From contig CM120649.1 of the NCBI GenBank assembly GCA_051362555.1, forward strand, positions 11,284,001-11,348,000: DNA of 64,000 nucleotides, given 5' to 3'. The notes beneath the pieces were generated by a model. That model had not been told where the DNA came from. It worked only from the letters and a program-made list of their open reading frames with translations, and searched no databases. The DNA is from Lingula anatina (Eukaryota > Animalia > Brachiopoda). The translations under genes and the position numbers were made by a program. This document shows, piece by piece, positions 51,517 to 64,000 of the stretch; within the stretch, counting starts at the first letter, position 1; every line of letters begins with the position of its first letter.

Positions 51517-52649
51517 AACCCCGGTCACACCTACACGACGCAGGGTCGGCGCACGGCCGACGCGCTGAAAAAAATTGGCAATTTTGGCTAGCGCGCTGTA
51601 AAGCCTAGGTCCCAACTACGTTTTGGACGCACGGTTTTTATGTTCCTTGCGTCCGTCTAGGACGTAGCTAGATCGCAGGGAATCAAGTAAAGCCTACGAC
51701 CCAACCGAACGTACGTGCTGCTACGTATGGTCTACGGCCAAAAAATGGGGAAAACGTGGGAGTTCGTGCGTGAGGAGCACGTCCATCGTGCGACTTTAGG
51801 AGACGCATACAGCACGTAGAAACTTTTGGACATGATCAACAGCCGCTACGTGCGATCTAGCTACTTCCTAGCTGGACGCAAGGAACCAAAAAACCGTGCG
51901 TCTAAAACGTATTTGGGACCTAGTCTTAACTTTTCGACATGATCAACAGGCGCTACGTGCAATCTAGCTACATCCTAGCCTGACGCAAGGAACCTAAAAA
52001 CCGTGAGGCCAAAACGCGCCGGGCGACAGTTATGCATTCGTTTATATTCGCTCTTGTGCGTCTGAGTTTTTGTGCATGCATAAAAATGTGCATTCACCTC
52101 AACGCATGAACTTACACGTCAAAAGGTCGCTCGGCATTCGCAGAGGCCGCTGGACCAGCGTTAATCAGACGTTGCATAAACGCTAAGTGTTCGTTTCAAA
52201 TTCGTTGTCTTTGGCGTAGCGAGCATACAGCATGCTTCCAATGCATGTGTAGCGAACATGCAGCGACTGTAAACGGGTGCTAAACGAATCTTTAACGAAC
52301 CAGAAGGAACGTTGAACGGCTCTATAACGCAGCCAGCGTTATTGTAGCGCGCCTGTGTTCCTAGCGTGTCCCGAGCATGCGGGTCCCGAGCCTAGCATGT
52401 ATTCATGGTGTATACATAAATGGGTCCTCTGTATCCATATCAATTCTCCACTTTTGCTGAATAACCGCTGCATAATATGGAAGACCTTGACAGGCTGCGA
52501 TTAAAATACGAAACTGCAGTTCACCAACACTCTCATAACGTCATGGAACTTGCACTCCACCAAGCCTGTGACAAAGGAAGCATTCTGGCGAACCGTTTCC
52601 AAGTTCTACTAAGGACAATGCAGTGCGTTCTGTAGGTGTGACCGGGCCT
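51517..52649. mobile_element. Non-autonomous PIF/Harbinger-like element
   Basis: TTA|AACCCCGGTCACACCTAC ... GTAGGTGTGACCGGGCCT|TTA (3-bp TTA TSD). Internal ~75-bp inverted repeat (51603-51677 vs 51851-51924) and a ~107-bp-period direct repeat. Confidence 0.75.
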
Positions 52650-53125
52650 TTAGTGACTAACGTAATTGAAAAATATGTAACTTTTAAATAAGATATAAAC
52701 GTGGAAAGCATGCAGTTCTTCGGGTCTTAACAAAACCTTGCTAAAAGACTGCGAAGGGTGAAAAAGACTTTTTTTTTTTAGAAAATTGGTTCATCTTGGT
52801 TTTTAAAAAATAATCGGCTTTCTGAATGTAGTTTAATGCAGTAAGTGTATTATATTTGCATTCTAGCAAAGAGATCTCGCGCAAAAATAACTATAATAAT
52901 TCCGACGAAATCTGTTTACCTGAATTTAAGAGTGTGGGACATTTTTTAAATTCATTGTATCAGTGTTTTCTTAATATATTTCTGTACTTACTGTAAGTTA
53001 TTATTAAATGTGATTAGGAGGCCCCTGATATTTTATCTTGATTTTACTTCGTCTCTCAGATATTAGTTACATCGCTCCAAGCTCCTAACTGGAATAGTTC
53101 ATAAGATGGGATTCGTTTGAAAGAA

Positions 53126-53408
53126 CTCGCACGAAAATGCAGTAGTATCGAAGTAGCAAAAAAGCATTAACGCAGTAGTGGTGCGGAGTAAATTTGCAGT
53201 AGAAATGCAGCATAGCCTACTGCAATTCTACTCCAAAAAGTACATAGGTTTGTACAGAGAGGAGCATCAGTAGATTAGCAGCACGATAGAAGCATGTTTC
53301 AAATATGCTAATTAGCCCCCAAATCGAAGCAGATTTGAAGCATGTTTGCAGTATGATTGCAGTAGTCTACTGCGCTGGACTATCTAATGCGTTAATTTTC
53401 TTGCGGGA
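53126..53408 (+). mobile_element. TIR-bounded interspersed repeat, copy 2 (single internal unit)
   Basis: Nearly identical to 47504-47916 but without the tandem expansion. Confidence 0.8.
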
Positions 53409-54116
53409 AGGGAGGCAACCGAGTTACAAATATACTGTCGTTTGGAGGATTTCACTCTGCCTCCTTATAAAAAAGACAGTAAAAAAAAGAGTAGATATAT
53501 GTGAACTGAAAATTCAAAAATAAATAGTGACAGCAAGAGAAAAAAGTAAGACGACCTTGGGGGCTCTCTGTAACGTAAAGGTACTTCATTAATGGGTAGG
53601 AACACTTCAATCGCCGTTAATCTACTCAGTGCTTCTCTCCGCGTCAAAGTATATGCTTATGATACTGCTAATTTGCGGCGACTGGTGTCTGTCCTCATCT
53701 AGTGCAAAGAATCTATATTCAAAGAATCTATGTTCTACTAATTTTTCCAAAAGCATAAAATATATATTCAAATTATCTGAAATCAATGCACCAGAACAGC
53801 GAGTATGAAGTAAATCTTTACTTAGTCCAAAAATGACAAATGACAATAATGAATAATATATAATACTGAAAAGAAAAATATTTTCGACTAGTGCGAAATG
53901 ACGATAAAATGCAAGTAACTGAAGGAAAAGTCAAACATATTTAATAGAATAGCAATTTTAACAAAGGAAATTTAAATCTACAATATATCTTTAAGCCCTC
54001 GACACTTTTATATGACACGTATACAATATTACTTTTATCACAATGACAAAAAATAAAGGTTATACCTTATTATTTCTCATAGTTATTGATTAAAAAAGTC
54101 ATAAGTATGTTTTACA

Positions 54117-54567
54117 TAAACTGCATGGATACAGACCTCTGAGGCCAGACAAATTGATGTGTTAATTAACGAGCGCAACCAACAATAATTTTTAGAAAAT
54201 AAGATTCGTTTTCTTCTGGCACCTATTTTCTTTTTTCAAATGAGGAAAAATGCCTTGGTCATTGTTTCGGTAGGAGGGGAATTTTTACAATTGACCGCAT
54301 TAAAAACGTACTTTAACGTTGATGTTTTTATGCTCAAAAATCGCCCACACTATGAATTTGTTATTTGCCCACCATAAATGAATAAAGGAATAAATAAGCA
54401 AGAAAAATCGATCCTAAAAAAAAAAAACTGATTTATCATATGTTTAAAAGGCAAAACAATATAGAAATGAATATAGTAAAAACTCGTTGACCGATCCGGT
54501 TTGGAGATGGTCGCCGCAATCCATCAATTTGTCCGGCCTCATAAAGCTGTTTTACCACTAGGTTTAG
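54117..54567. mobile_element. Diverged TIR element
   Basis: TGAGGCCAGACAAATTGATG is inverted with CATCAATTTGTCCGGCCTCA. Confidence 0.55.
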
Positions 54568-54953
54568 AAAAATGTGTAGTTTAATTGATTTTTAGATCAG
54601 GTGTACATTATACTTTTTTATCATCAATCAAACTATTATGCATCTAATACACGCGCTCTATTTCGTTTTGTAATCCAAGACAGTAGCAAACATAACGCAT
54701 GAACATGTACGTATAGTTACTCATCTTCCTATACTCAACAAGTACCACTGTCAGTAAATTAATTTGGTGAAAATGTACTGACAAATAGTTAATACAAATC
54801 TGTTTAAAGATTAAAACAATTTCATCTTAGAGACAATTACTATACAAAAACAAGACATGTAAAACACCAGCACCTAGGAAAATATATCCAGAACAGAAAC
54901 CGTAACAGATTTGGACCATTAACGAAAGGGGAAGGTTTTATATACATTTTTAA

Positions 54954-57126
54954 CCCTCATCCACAAGGAAATGGAACCCTACGTAAACCCTGAAACCGGG
55001 CCTCAGAGGCCCGGTGTACCATGAAAATCTGACTCCCCCAAAAAAACATTCAAAAATCTAATTTAATTTGAGTAAATAACTATTATCTTGTAGTATGCAT
55101 AATGGAGGACACATTGGCACTTTTTGTTAGTTTGCAGGTGAAAATTTTCATGAAAAAAAAAAAAATTAAAGATTTGTATTTTACCACCCAAGGACTCCCC
55201 TAAGAAAAAGCTATTTATTTGACATTTGATGACCATTTCAACATCTTTTCTTTGAGGATACTTTATGAGGAATATATTGAAAGTACTTGAAAGTTTAATG
55301 GTTAAAAAATTGGGTGAAAAAAATAATAATAAAAAAAAAAACACATTAAAAATAAGAAAAATTAAAGATTTATATTCTAACAACCAATGACCCCCCTATG
55401 AAAAAGCTATTTATTTTATATTTGATGATCATTCTGACATCTTTTCTTTGAGGATACTTTATGAGGAATATATTGAAAGTACTTGAAAGTTTGATGGTTA
55501 AAAAATTGGGTGAAAAAAATAATAAAAAAACACATGAAAAATAAGAAAAATTAAAGATTTGTATTCTAACACCCAATGACTCCCCTATGAAAAGGCTATC
55601 TATTTGATATTTGATGATCATTCCGACATCTTTTCTTTAAGGATACTTAATTAAGAATATATTGGAAATATTTGAAAGTTTGAATGGTAAAATACTGGGT
55701 ATGCTATATAAGAAGAATTCAGTAAAAAGGCGATGGGGCCAATTTCTTGAGTTAAAAATGTAGCATTTTGACATGGAAGTGCAAAACCTACAGGTAGTAA
55801 GATGAATACTTGTTTTAAAAATATTCACCAAAATTTTCACCACCAAACTTTCAAATAATAACAAAATGTACATCTCTGTGCAAACTGTGTAGAAAACAAT
55901 GGTATGGTGACTGAATATAAAATAGGTCCTTTTCTTTATGGGAATCCAAATCTCATGGGTATAAAAATGAAGATTTTCATGATTTATTTTTCATTCTTTC
56001 ACTCACTATTTTATCGTCAAACTTTCAAATATTTCCAATATATTTTTCATAAAGTATCCTAATAGAAAAGATGTCAGAATGATCATCAAATATCAAATAA
56101 ATAGCTTTTTCATAGGGGAGTTATTGGGTGATAAAATGCACATTTTTAATTTTCTATTTTTCATGTTTTTTTTTTTTTTTTTAGTTTTTTCACCCAATAG
56201 TTTACCATCAAACTTTCAAATATTTCCAATATAATCTTCATAAAGTAAATTTAAAGGAAAGATGTAGAAATGATCATCCAATATCAACTAAATAGCTTTT
56301 TCAAAGGGGAGACAATGGGCGGTTAAGTGCACATTTTTAATTTTCATATTTTTTTCATGAAAATATTCACCTGCAAACTTAAAAAAAAAGTGCCAAAGTA
56401 TCCTCCATTTTACATACTACAATATCACAGTCATATACTCAAATAAAATAAGATTTATGAACATTTGTGGTGGGGGAGTCAAATTTTCATGGGGAGTCAG
56501 ATTTTCATTATGAAAATCTGACTGGGGGAGTCAGATTTTCATGTTACACCAGTCCTTGCTCCCTTAACCTCCACCTGGGTGCATGAGTATACACTGTGTA
56601 TGGAAAATGCAGAAAAACGTTTTTTTTTTTCTCAAAATGGAAAGTTTCGCAAAGGTAGCGCAGGCTATCAGGTATGTAATAATGATAGATTTAAACTGAT
56701 ATCTGCATATCAGGTGACCAAGGTGACCGATTACTCATAAATAATAATTTCTCCAGGTCTTGAATCTTTCACAGGCAGATTTCATTGACCATACTGATAG
56801 TCAAAGAACACATGATATTGCTTGTGTAAAAAAATTTACAGCAAAGCTATTTGAGGTAACATGGACTTATTTATCCCATGTGGAAGTAAAATTATCAAGC
56901 GACCGGGCCTCAGAGGCCCGGTTTCCAGGAAATGGGACTAACTTTTGGAAAATTTAATTTCTACATATGTTGTAAATTATTTCAAAACTAATTATTTATC
57001 CATTGATGGGGTATAAGTTGCTTGAGGATTACATGAAAGGAACAGGCTCAAAACCTCATGCAAACGAAGAGAGAGCAAAAGATACATGGGTCCGGGCCTG
57101 CGAGGCCCCTGAAAGGTGATTGAGGG
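54954..57126. mobile_element. piggyBac-like non-autonomous element carrying a nested foldback
   Basis: TTAA|CCCTCA ... TGAGGG|TTAA. The palindrome CCGGGCCTCAGAGGCCCGG occurs at ~54996 and ~56903, with a variant at ~57092. Confidence 0.6.
55011..56552. mobile_element. 1.5-kb foldback element with long inverted arms built of ~190-bp subrepeats
   Basis: Ends CCGGTGTACCATGAAAATCTGACTCCCCC and GGGGGAGTCAGATTTTCATGTTACACCAG. The left arm (~55011-55700) mirrors the right arm (~56000-56552). Confidence 0.8.
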
Positions 57127-57555
57127 TTAAAATAAACCTGCCCATTAAAATAAACACTATTTGATTTCGGTAGAAAAAAGAGTATTCAAGATTTTCGATT
57201 TCCATAAATTGTTTTAAAACTTCGGTATCTTTAACGTTTACCTCAATATACCTCATTATACCTTTTATATATTTTTTTTCTGATCTGTAACTTACATGCA
57301 TATATTTTCTAGAAATTACTTGTTCTAATTGTAAGAAACCACGCTCTCTGCGATATGCATGGGGCAGTTGAAATGCGTTGTTTACATGTACATGTGTAGG
57401 TCATATGACATACACATGTATATGTGGAAAGTGGAAAGCTCTCAGAAAAAGAGTTCCCCAGTTCACAGAAATTTAAATACCTTATGATAGGCGTATACTT
57501 TTTAGCAGGAATTTCGAATATGGATCAAAATAATTCTTTCAGGATATATAAAAAG

Positions 57556-60500
57556 TTATACTCGATATTTCCTCGACTGCTTTTTTGTCTTTTTAGAACG
57601 GTCGTTGCAACCAACATTTCTTTTCAACCTCAATAGATGGCGCTTTATTGTAGCAAGATCAAGACAGACCACTGTCCCAACTATTGCTGCGCACACTCCG
57701 AGAGCAAAAGTTCCAATGACTCCTGCCCCAGCAGCTTCTAGAGGTGGCTCTCCTCGCTGGTGGGCGGACTGTGGCATCTCAAGTTTTTGTTCTGTAATAT
57801 AAATATGAATGCGATTTGTATTGTTTTAAAACAGGTTAATGCACACAATGCGCGTTTTAATAGTCATGACAGAAAAATCAATAAAAACATCATGAACTAA
57901 AATTGGCGATATTTCTAGAAACAAAAAAAAAAAAAAAAAAGAAAAAAAACTGTTGTTATTACTGCTGTTGTGTTTAATGATTTTTTTTAATTAAGGCAGA
58001 TAATAAGCGAAAGACCTCTATATAACAAATATGAAATTTTCTTGACATGAGATTCAACACATTCTTCTTTATCACCATGCACGGTAAGATGCGCAAAAAC
58101 GTTCACAGAGTTACGATTTATAAACCCGTTTTTATCAGTAATTATTTATAGTTTTTGAATCACTATTTCGGACATGCCGAATTGTCCTCGCAATTGAACA
58201 AATGGGAAATTGCCAGCTCGAAAACGAGTTCATAGAACCTTTATTTATCACCGGTTTTTAAAAATGGTAATTTTGATAATTTAAATATGAACACATAAAA
58301 AACTGAATAATGTAGAATAAGAATAAAGAAAGGAATGAATAAATGGAAGAACAATACTGATTGTGATAAAAATGAATAATGTGCAGGTCAACCAAATGCT
58401 GTATAAGAAATGTAAGATATGCATTCTTTTTCGTCGACTCTAAAAAAAAGAAAAGACACAAAATTCAACTTACGCATGCATTCCCGAAAGGTAGGGTACC
58501 ACTTGCCATCAGCGCGGCACGTAGCTCCACGGACGGTGCTGCCATCTATAAAAACCGTACCATTGTCACATGTGTACGACAGCCGGGACCTGAATACGGT
58601 TGACGTAATATTGAAAGTGATTCCTGGCTGGGCCACGGGTACGCCGCAGTGTATTGCTGTAAAGTTGTTAAAGTTGTAAAGAGGTTCAGTTCATAAAAAA
58701 ACATTAATACAGATAAACATTATACAAGACAATTTTGTATTCTGCAGAAATGCACCACAAAAAAGCTACAGCATTGCATGAAAATTAAAAAAATAAATAA
58801 ATAAATTTGAAAACAAATATAACGTAAACACTAAACAAATAATTTGTACGAATTGTAAAATCATTGTATCTGTTCTTGAAAATGTGTACGTAGACACAAT
58901 ATTACAATAAACAGACAGACAGACAGAGATAGAGAGATCGACGGACGGATATGCCTAATATAATTATAATGCAGCTATGGGCATTCGTACCTTGACATTT
59001 CACCCTGTTTGTAATATTCCATGTTAGATTTGTCAAACACTCAATAGGGACGATTTCCTCGCCATCTGGAAACCTATGCCCCTTCTCACATTCCAAATGT
59101 AAAACCGCTCCTAACTCAAATACGTCTGTTGTATTTGGTCTTTTAATGTTGTTTAAATAAGGCAGGTCGTAACAGTGAGGCAAGCGCGTACTTGCAGGTG
59201 GAATTGTCGTTGTGTTATACGTGCCATCTGTCGAATTTCCGGATTGCTCTGTCACGTTTGCTCCGATAAGTTGTGTTGTACTGTCTGTCGTGTTTGTTAC
59301 AGGGTTTGTGATTGGTGTGTTTGTAACATTTGCTGCGATAGGTTGTGTTGTACTGTCTGTCGTGTTTGTTACAGAATTTGTGATTGGTGTGTTTGTAACA
59401 TTTGCTACGATAGGTTGTGTTGTACTGTCTGTCGTGTTTGTTACAGGATTTGTGATTGGTGTGTTTGTAACGGTAGTGGTTACGTTGACTGCCGTTGCCA
59501 ATGTCGTCATGGTGCTGATATCAACATCTGCGCTCGTGCCAGGCTCTGATGGTGACACGCTGTGAAGATGTACTGCTGGTGTTGTCTCGGTCCATGTTGC
59601 CGCTTCGTACACAGAACTTGCCACTTGCGTGAATTCACTGTAGGTGGCATTTGGCCACAATTCTGAACCTTCAAAAGTCCACGAGCTTACACCGTGCATT
59701 GTTGACGACTGGCTTATCATGCTTAAGCCACTGCCACTAGGAACCACAGGGGAAGTCCATTCTGAAGACTCGACATAAGCGCTTGGTCCGTAAGTGGTTG
59801 AAGCCGCCGCTGTTTCTGTGTATGAAGTCGCATCTGTGTAAGGCGTAAAATCCCAGACTGACATCATCGGTATACTTAATGCTGACGTCACCCATTCATC
59901 TAGAGATAGCGTCACAGGTGTTGCAATAGCTGACATCACTGGGGTGCTCACGCTTGGCGGCGCTGCCACTGCCAATGTAGAAAATTGCCTCATTGCTTGA
60001 ATTAATTTGCATATTTTCAAAATTAATATATAATCACTAGTACAGTAAAGTAAATTTCACATTTTGTCCATGATGTACCTAACAGATCCTTCCTATTATT
60101 ACTACGATAGGATACCCAGTATCTGTACAATTGTAATACTTACCCGTAGAAAAATTAACACTAAAGCCACGGTGAGCATGGATTGCACTCACGGCCGAGT
60201 GGAATTGTAAATTGCCCCCTCGTATATATAGGGGAGGCGGAGGCACTGACCCACAAAACGGTCCAAGCCATCCGCTTTGATAACTGTATATCTGTAAAAA
60301 TAGGAATATACCCTGTGTTATGACAACTCTATTTCCTAATGGAGTATGGTTGTATACACATGCGAAATATTAACTGGTCAGTGTCTGTTTATTTCTTAAC
60401 TAAGAACCTCTAGATTTCTACTAATATTTTGTACATAGAGTTAGGGAAAGATTTCAAAATCGTAAGTTGTGACAATTAGGTAAAGGGTAAAAAGATTAAT

Positions 60501-63500
60501 TATCACAAATGTGAATGTACTTTATGTAAATGGCACTGGAAAAAGTTTACCTGGTACGGATGTTTGATGGGGTAAGCACCCATCTTTGTGTATAACGTAT
60601 AATTTGTAATATTTTCACTAAGCCCAAACATTGACTTGAAATTTCTAAAGCCCCAGAAATATGGGAGTTTGAAGCGTCGTCCAATGCATTCTTCACAAAC
60701 CCTTCGACAGACAGCTTAAATTTGAAGGCACAACTCAGTTGCAGTTGTTTTGATATAAGAACGTCGCTCGGAACAATTGTTTCTACATAGCAAAAAGTGA
60801 AGTTCTTGAAAGAAATAATTATAATAATATATATATATATGTATATGTTTGTGTGTGTGTGTATTTAAAAACTGATAAGATAAATTCTAGACTTGATTTA
60901 TTACACAAAATTACTAGTGAAAATATATGAGTGTTTTTTTTACGACAGAACAGTACACTGCATAATAATACTTACACGAATGTTATCTCCTATGCAACTG
61001 ATATTAAATTGCAAATCAAAATCTGTAAATTCGAGGACAAGGTAATGTCCATTTTGTGGCTGTTGGAAAATGTAATAGCAGTAAATACCGGATTCATAGA
61101 AATTAGGATAGTTTGGTGACGTAATCTGTCCTTCACTTGTAATGATATTATGATAACAATCTGAAAAAGAATATAACATAAACTTTTGAATGAAAGCAAT
61201 AATTGCTAGACATTTTACCGCAAAATTTTAATTATAAATCTTATGAAACGTATTTTTTTGTTTTATGAACGTCCAACACGTTTCATTTGCCAAAATTCTA
61301 CAACAACTACACGTTCAAATGTACATGTATTGTGTTTCACTTAAAAGTGAAATGCACGAAATAACCAAGGATTTTTTTACATGTCTAGGCTTGTTTGAAC
61401 ATGGTTGTATAGAAAAATCGTTTCTAGACAAAACTATAATCTGAGCTTGAAAAACGTCATGCCTCATAAGTAATAAAAGACGCTTAATCTCTGAAGACCT
61501 ACTGACGTATAACCATTTTTCCCGTTTTTGTACTCACTGCTATAATATGATGCTCCGAAACCCTTTCCTCCGACGTCACCATTTGAGTGAAACCGCACCA
61601 ATAAACTTCCGACATGATTAATGGCAGTTGGGGCCGTCGTTCCGCACGTAGGAGGCAAAATAGTTTTTTGGGTAACCGGATTAATAATCTGAAAGACATG
61701 AGGAAAAAAATCTGACTTTTTTTAGCCACCTCAGTAATGGCAAAAGAAAGTTGTCGGTAAAAAGTTTAAATTTAAAACTAAAAAAATGTGGTTTACATAG
61801 CAATATATTTTTAACGAAGTTGGATAGGTGTGCCTTAGTGACAAAGAAAATTTTCCATGAAATTTTCCATTCTGTGTTATATATAAGGCCTTACGCTTAC
61901 TGTGTGTCAAGCAGTAATATGGTAGGATTAGTAAGCACTCACCTCTATATAGTCAGAACTACAGTTTGTTTCATATTCTAGATCAAACAGCTGGTAAAAA
62001 GTCAGTCTCACGGTGTATCCAATTTTGGCAGGTGTTATATTGTACACGCAGTCCAGGCTGTCCGGGTAGACCACCGGGTAATACGGGGACCGGATTTGAC
62101 CAGAACTAGGGACGAGATTGGTTTCACCACATGGATTTTCTGCAATGCCAGCGAGTTTGAAATCAATTAAGGTACTAAAAGCAAATTTCCATATACAAGT
62201 ACACTCAAACCCGTTATTTCAACTTGCAAAAAGGAGAATTCAAGAAGTAAACCGTGGTACTCAGTTCAGTGTTGGAATACTGAACTGTACGTGTATCGCG
62301 ATAATGAAAAGTTTGAGAAAATAAAAGAAAAATCAGGGGAGTATTCATCTTGAGGCTCATTCACTTTCATTTTTACACTTATAGAACCCACCTCTCCAGA
62401 TTTTGATTACGTCCCAGACTATAGGCTTTATACTCTCTACTCTGCACTTTAAGGTACACAAAAGAGGATTTTGTTGCTAAAATTCATATGTAACGAATTA
62501 TCCCGTGGTAAACGGAGGGCATTATCTATCCATTTATGTATTTAAAGTTTTAATTGTCCACATACCGCACGCCATTAGTCCAAATCCGGAGAACGTGCCT
62601 CGAAAAATCGTGACCGTTCACATCTTTAAAACATCTTTTAAAAAGCGACCTACTTCTAAAACTTACCTAACCGTTGCTGACACTCCTCTTGTGCTTTATA
62701 AAATGAAATTGAAAAAGTAAAAGAAGCAGTTTAGTTGCACGTTTCGGTTGCTAAAATGTGTAGTTCAAGCCGTATGACAAGAAATAAGCCATATAAATAA
62801 ACTGAAAACAATGAGATTTCTTCCACAATAGTTAAAAGACGAATAACCAAAAAGTTATGAATAATTGAGATGCTTCTGTACTTAAATATTATTACCAGCT
62901 ACTGGCAGTAAATTCTGAAGGGTAAGCAATATGTGAGACAACACATATTGACATGTATAACGATGTATTGTATAACATAACACCTGACCCCCTCCCTACG
63001 CCTAGTACTTACAGCCACAGTATATTGCCAGAAACCCGAAGTCCTCTACACTGTCATCACTGTGGAAATGAACCCACATTCCGTTCTCAGCAGATACTGG
63101 GTCAGGTATCACAGAACCACAGCTCTTTAATAAAACATTCCCCATCGCCGATCCATTCCTGACCTAACAATGATTAAATATTCAGTTCAGCAATTTAGAC
63201 CACCAGTCCTTGTTGCATTTATAAAACTTGAGTTCGAAAATGAATATTATTTGTAACTTCCAATATCTAAGTACGAAAGTGTGAACAAATACGAATAACT
63301 TAAGACATACAACTACAGTTCCTGTGCACAGACACAAACGACGTACGACCTTTAACTCACAGAACATACACATCAATGAACGCATACTTATAACACATAA
63401 ACAAACAAATTTAGTACAATTTAATGTCGAAAATGTAGTAATTTTTTGTCCAATTTGTCGGCACCATACGTTTTTCTTTCCTTAAAAGGGGCATTTATAT

Positions 63501-63995
63501 TAGCCTATAACTGTCTCAAAGCAAGACTTATTTTGAGACATCAGATTTTAATATTTATCATTAATATTTACGGATGTAATATTTGTTCTCCATGTTTATT
63601 ATTTACTTTGTAGTTGGTTCTATTTTTATTACTATTAAAGGTGAAAACAACAAACTGCCACCTTCAAATACACATATTTTCATGAATGAAAATATGATTA
63701 AAAAAAACCAAACAGCAAAACTACTCAATCTTTCACAAAAGGAAACTGTAATCCACAAGGTGACATACATAAAAACATCGACTCACTTGTAAGTAGTCCG
63801 AAGAACAGTTGGGACCTCCTTGTAGAACAAAACTTACGAAAGCTATCGTTACGCCACGTGCATAGTGATAGTAATAGTGAGGTACGCGGAAGGCACAGTT
63901 GATACTTCTATTGTAATTGGACGGATAGTTTGGTGAGGCGAAAACCCCAGATGTGTAGTTATAATAGTGTACGTGTCCGCAGGGGTCGTAGGGAG
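57556..63995 (-). CDS. CUB x3 - mucin-like stalk - Sushi/CCP x2 - single-pass membrane protein (5' end beyond window)
   Basis: Phase-consistent exons 63995-63787, 63163-63013, 62693-62667, 62139-61943, 61688-61538, 61160-60976, 60291-60144, 59968-58991, 58656-58474, 57791-57556. CUB motifs SPNYP/SPYYP and FHSD...GF; CCP C...C..G.....C....W....C; TM GVIGTFALGVCAAIVGTVVCL followed by a basic tail. Confidence 0.88.
59255..59470 (-). repeat. 3 x 72-bp coding repeat (TNTPITNPVTNTTDSTTQPIVANV) in the mucin stalk
   Basis: Exact 72-bp period (e.g. 59281, 59353, 59425); Thr-rich with NTT/NVT sequons. Confidence 0.9.
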
Positions 63996-64000
63996 CTGTA

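Noticed and set aside
59175-59565. Cys-rich plus-strand ORFs resembling metallothionein
   Set aside because: Antisense reading of the Thr/Asn-rich mucin repeat.

Overview
AT-rich, intron-containing animal DNA, most likely from a marine invertebrate; this is inferred from gene content and repeat types. There are no prokaryotic features. I reconstructed seven host genes by hand from GT-AG boundaries with consistent phases: (1) a single-bromodomain protein (+); (2) a somatomedin-B protein resembling an adhesion-GPCR ectodomain but ending in a GPI-like tail (-); (3) a carbohydrate sulfotransferase (-); (4) a PR/SET-C2H2 PRDM-like gene (-), head-to-head with (5) an MFHAS1-like LRR-ROC-COR protein that has an extra C-terminal CARD (+); (6) an intronless divergent rhodopsin-class GPCR (+); (7) a CUB x3 / mucin / Sushi x2 type-I membrane protein (-, 5' end outside the window). 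Mobile DNA includes a Rex1/Babar-type LINE split by a solo LTR, a decayed L2/CR1-type LINE, an ISL2EU/Harbinger-type THAP-DDE transposase with a convergent degraded YqaJ nuclease gene, many TIR/MITE elements, and a 146-bp satellite with higher-order structure. The most striking pattern is frame-preserving tandem duplications (60, 81 and 105 bp) of exon end plus splice donor in two unrelated genes. The largest is an array of about 20 in-frame donors directly ahead of the CARD exon of the ROCO gene.
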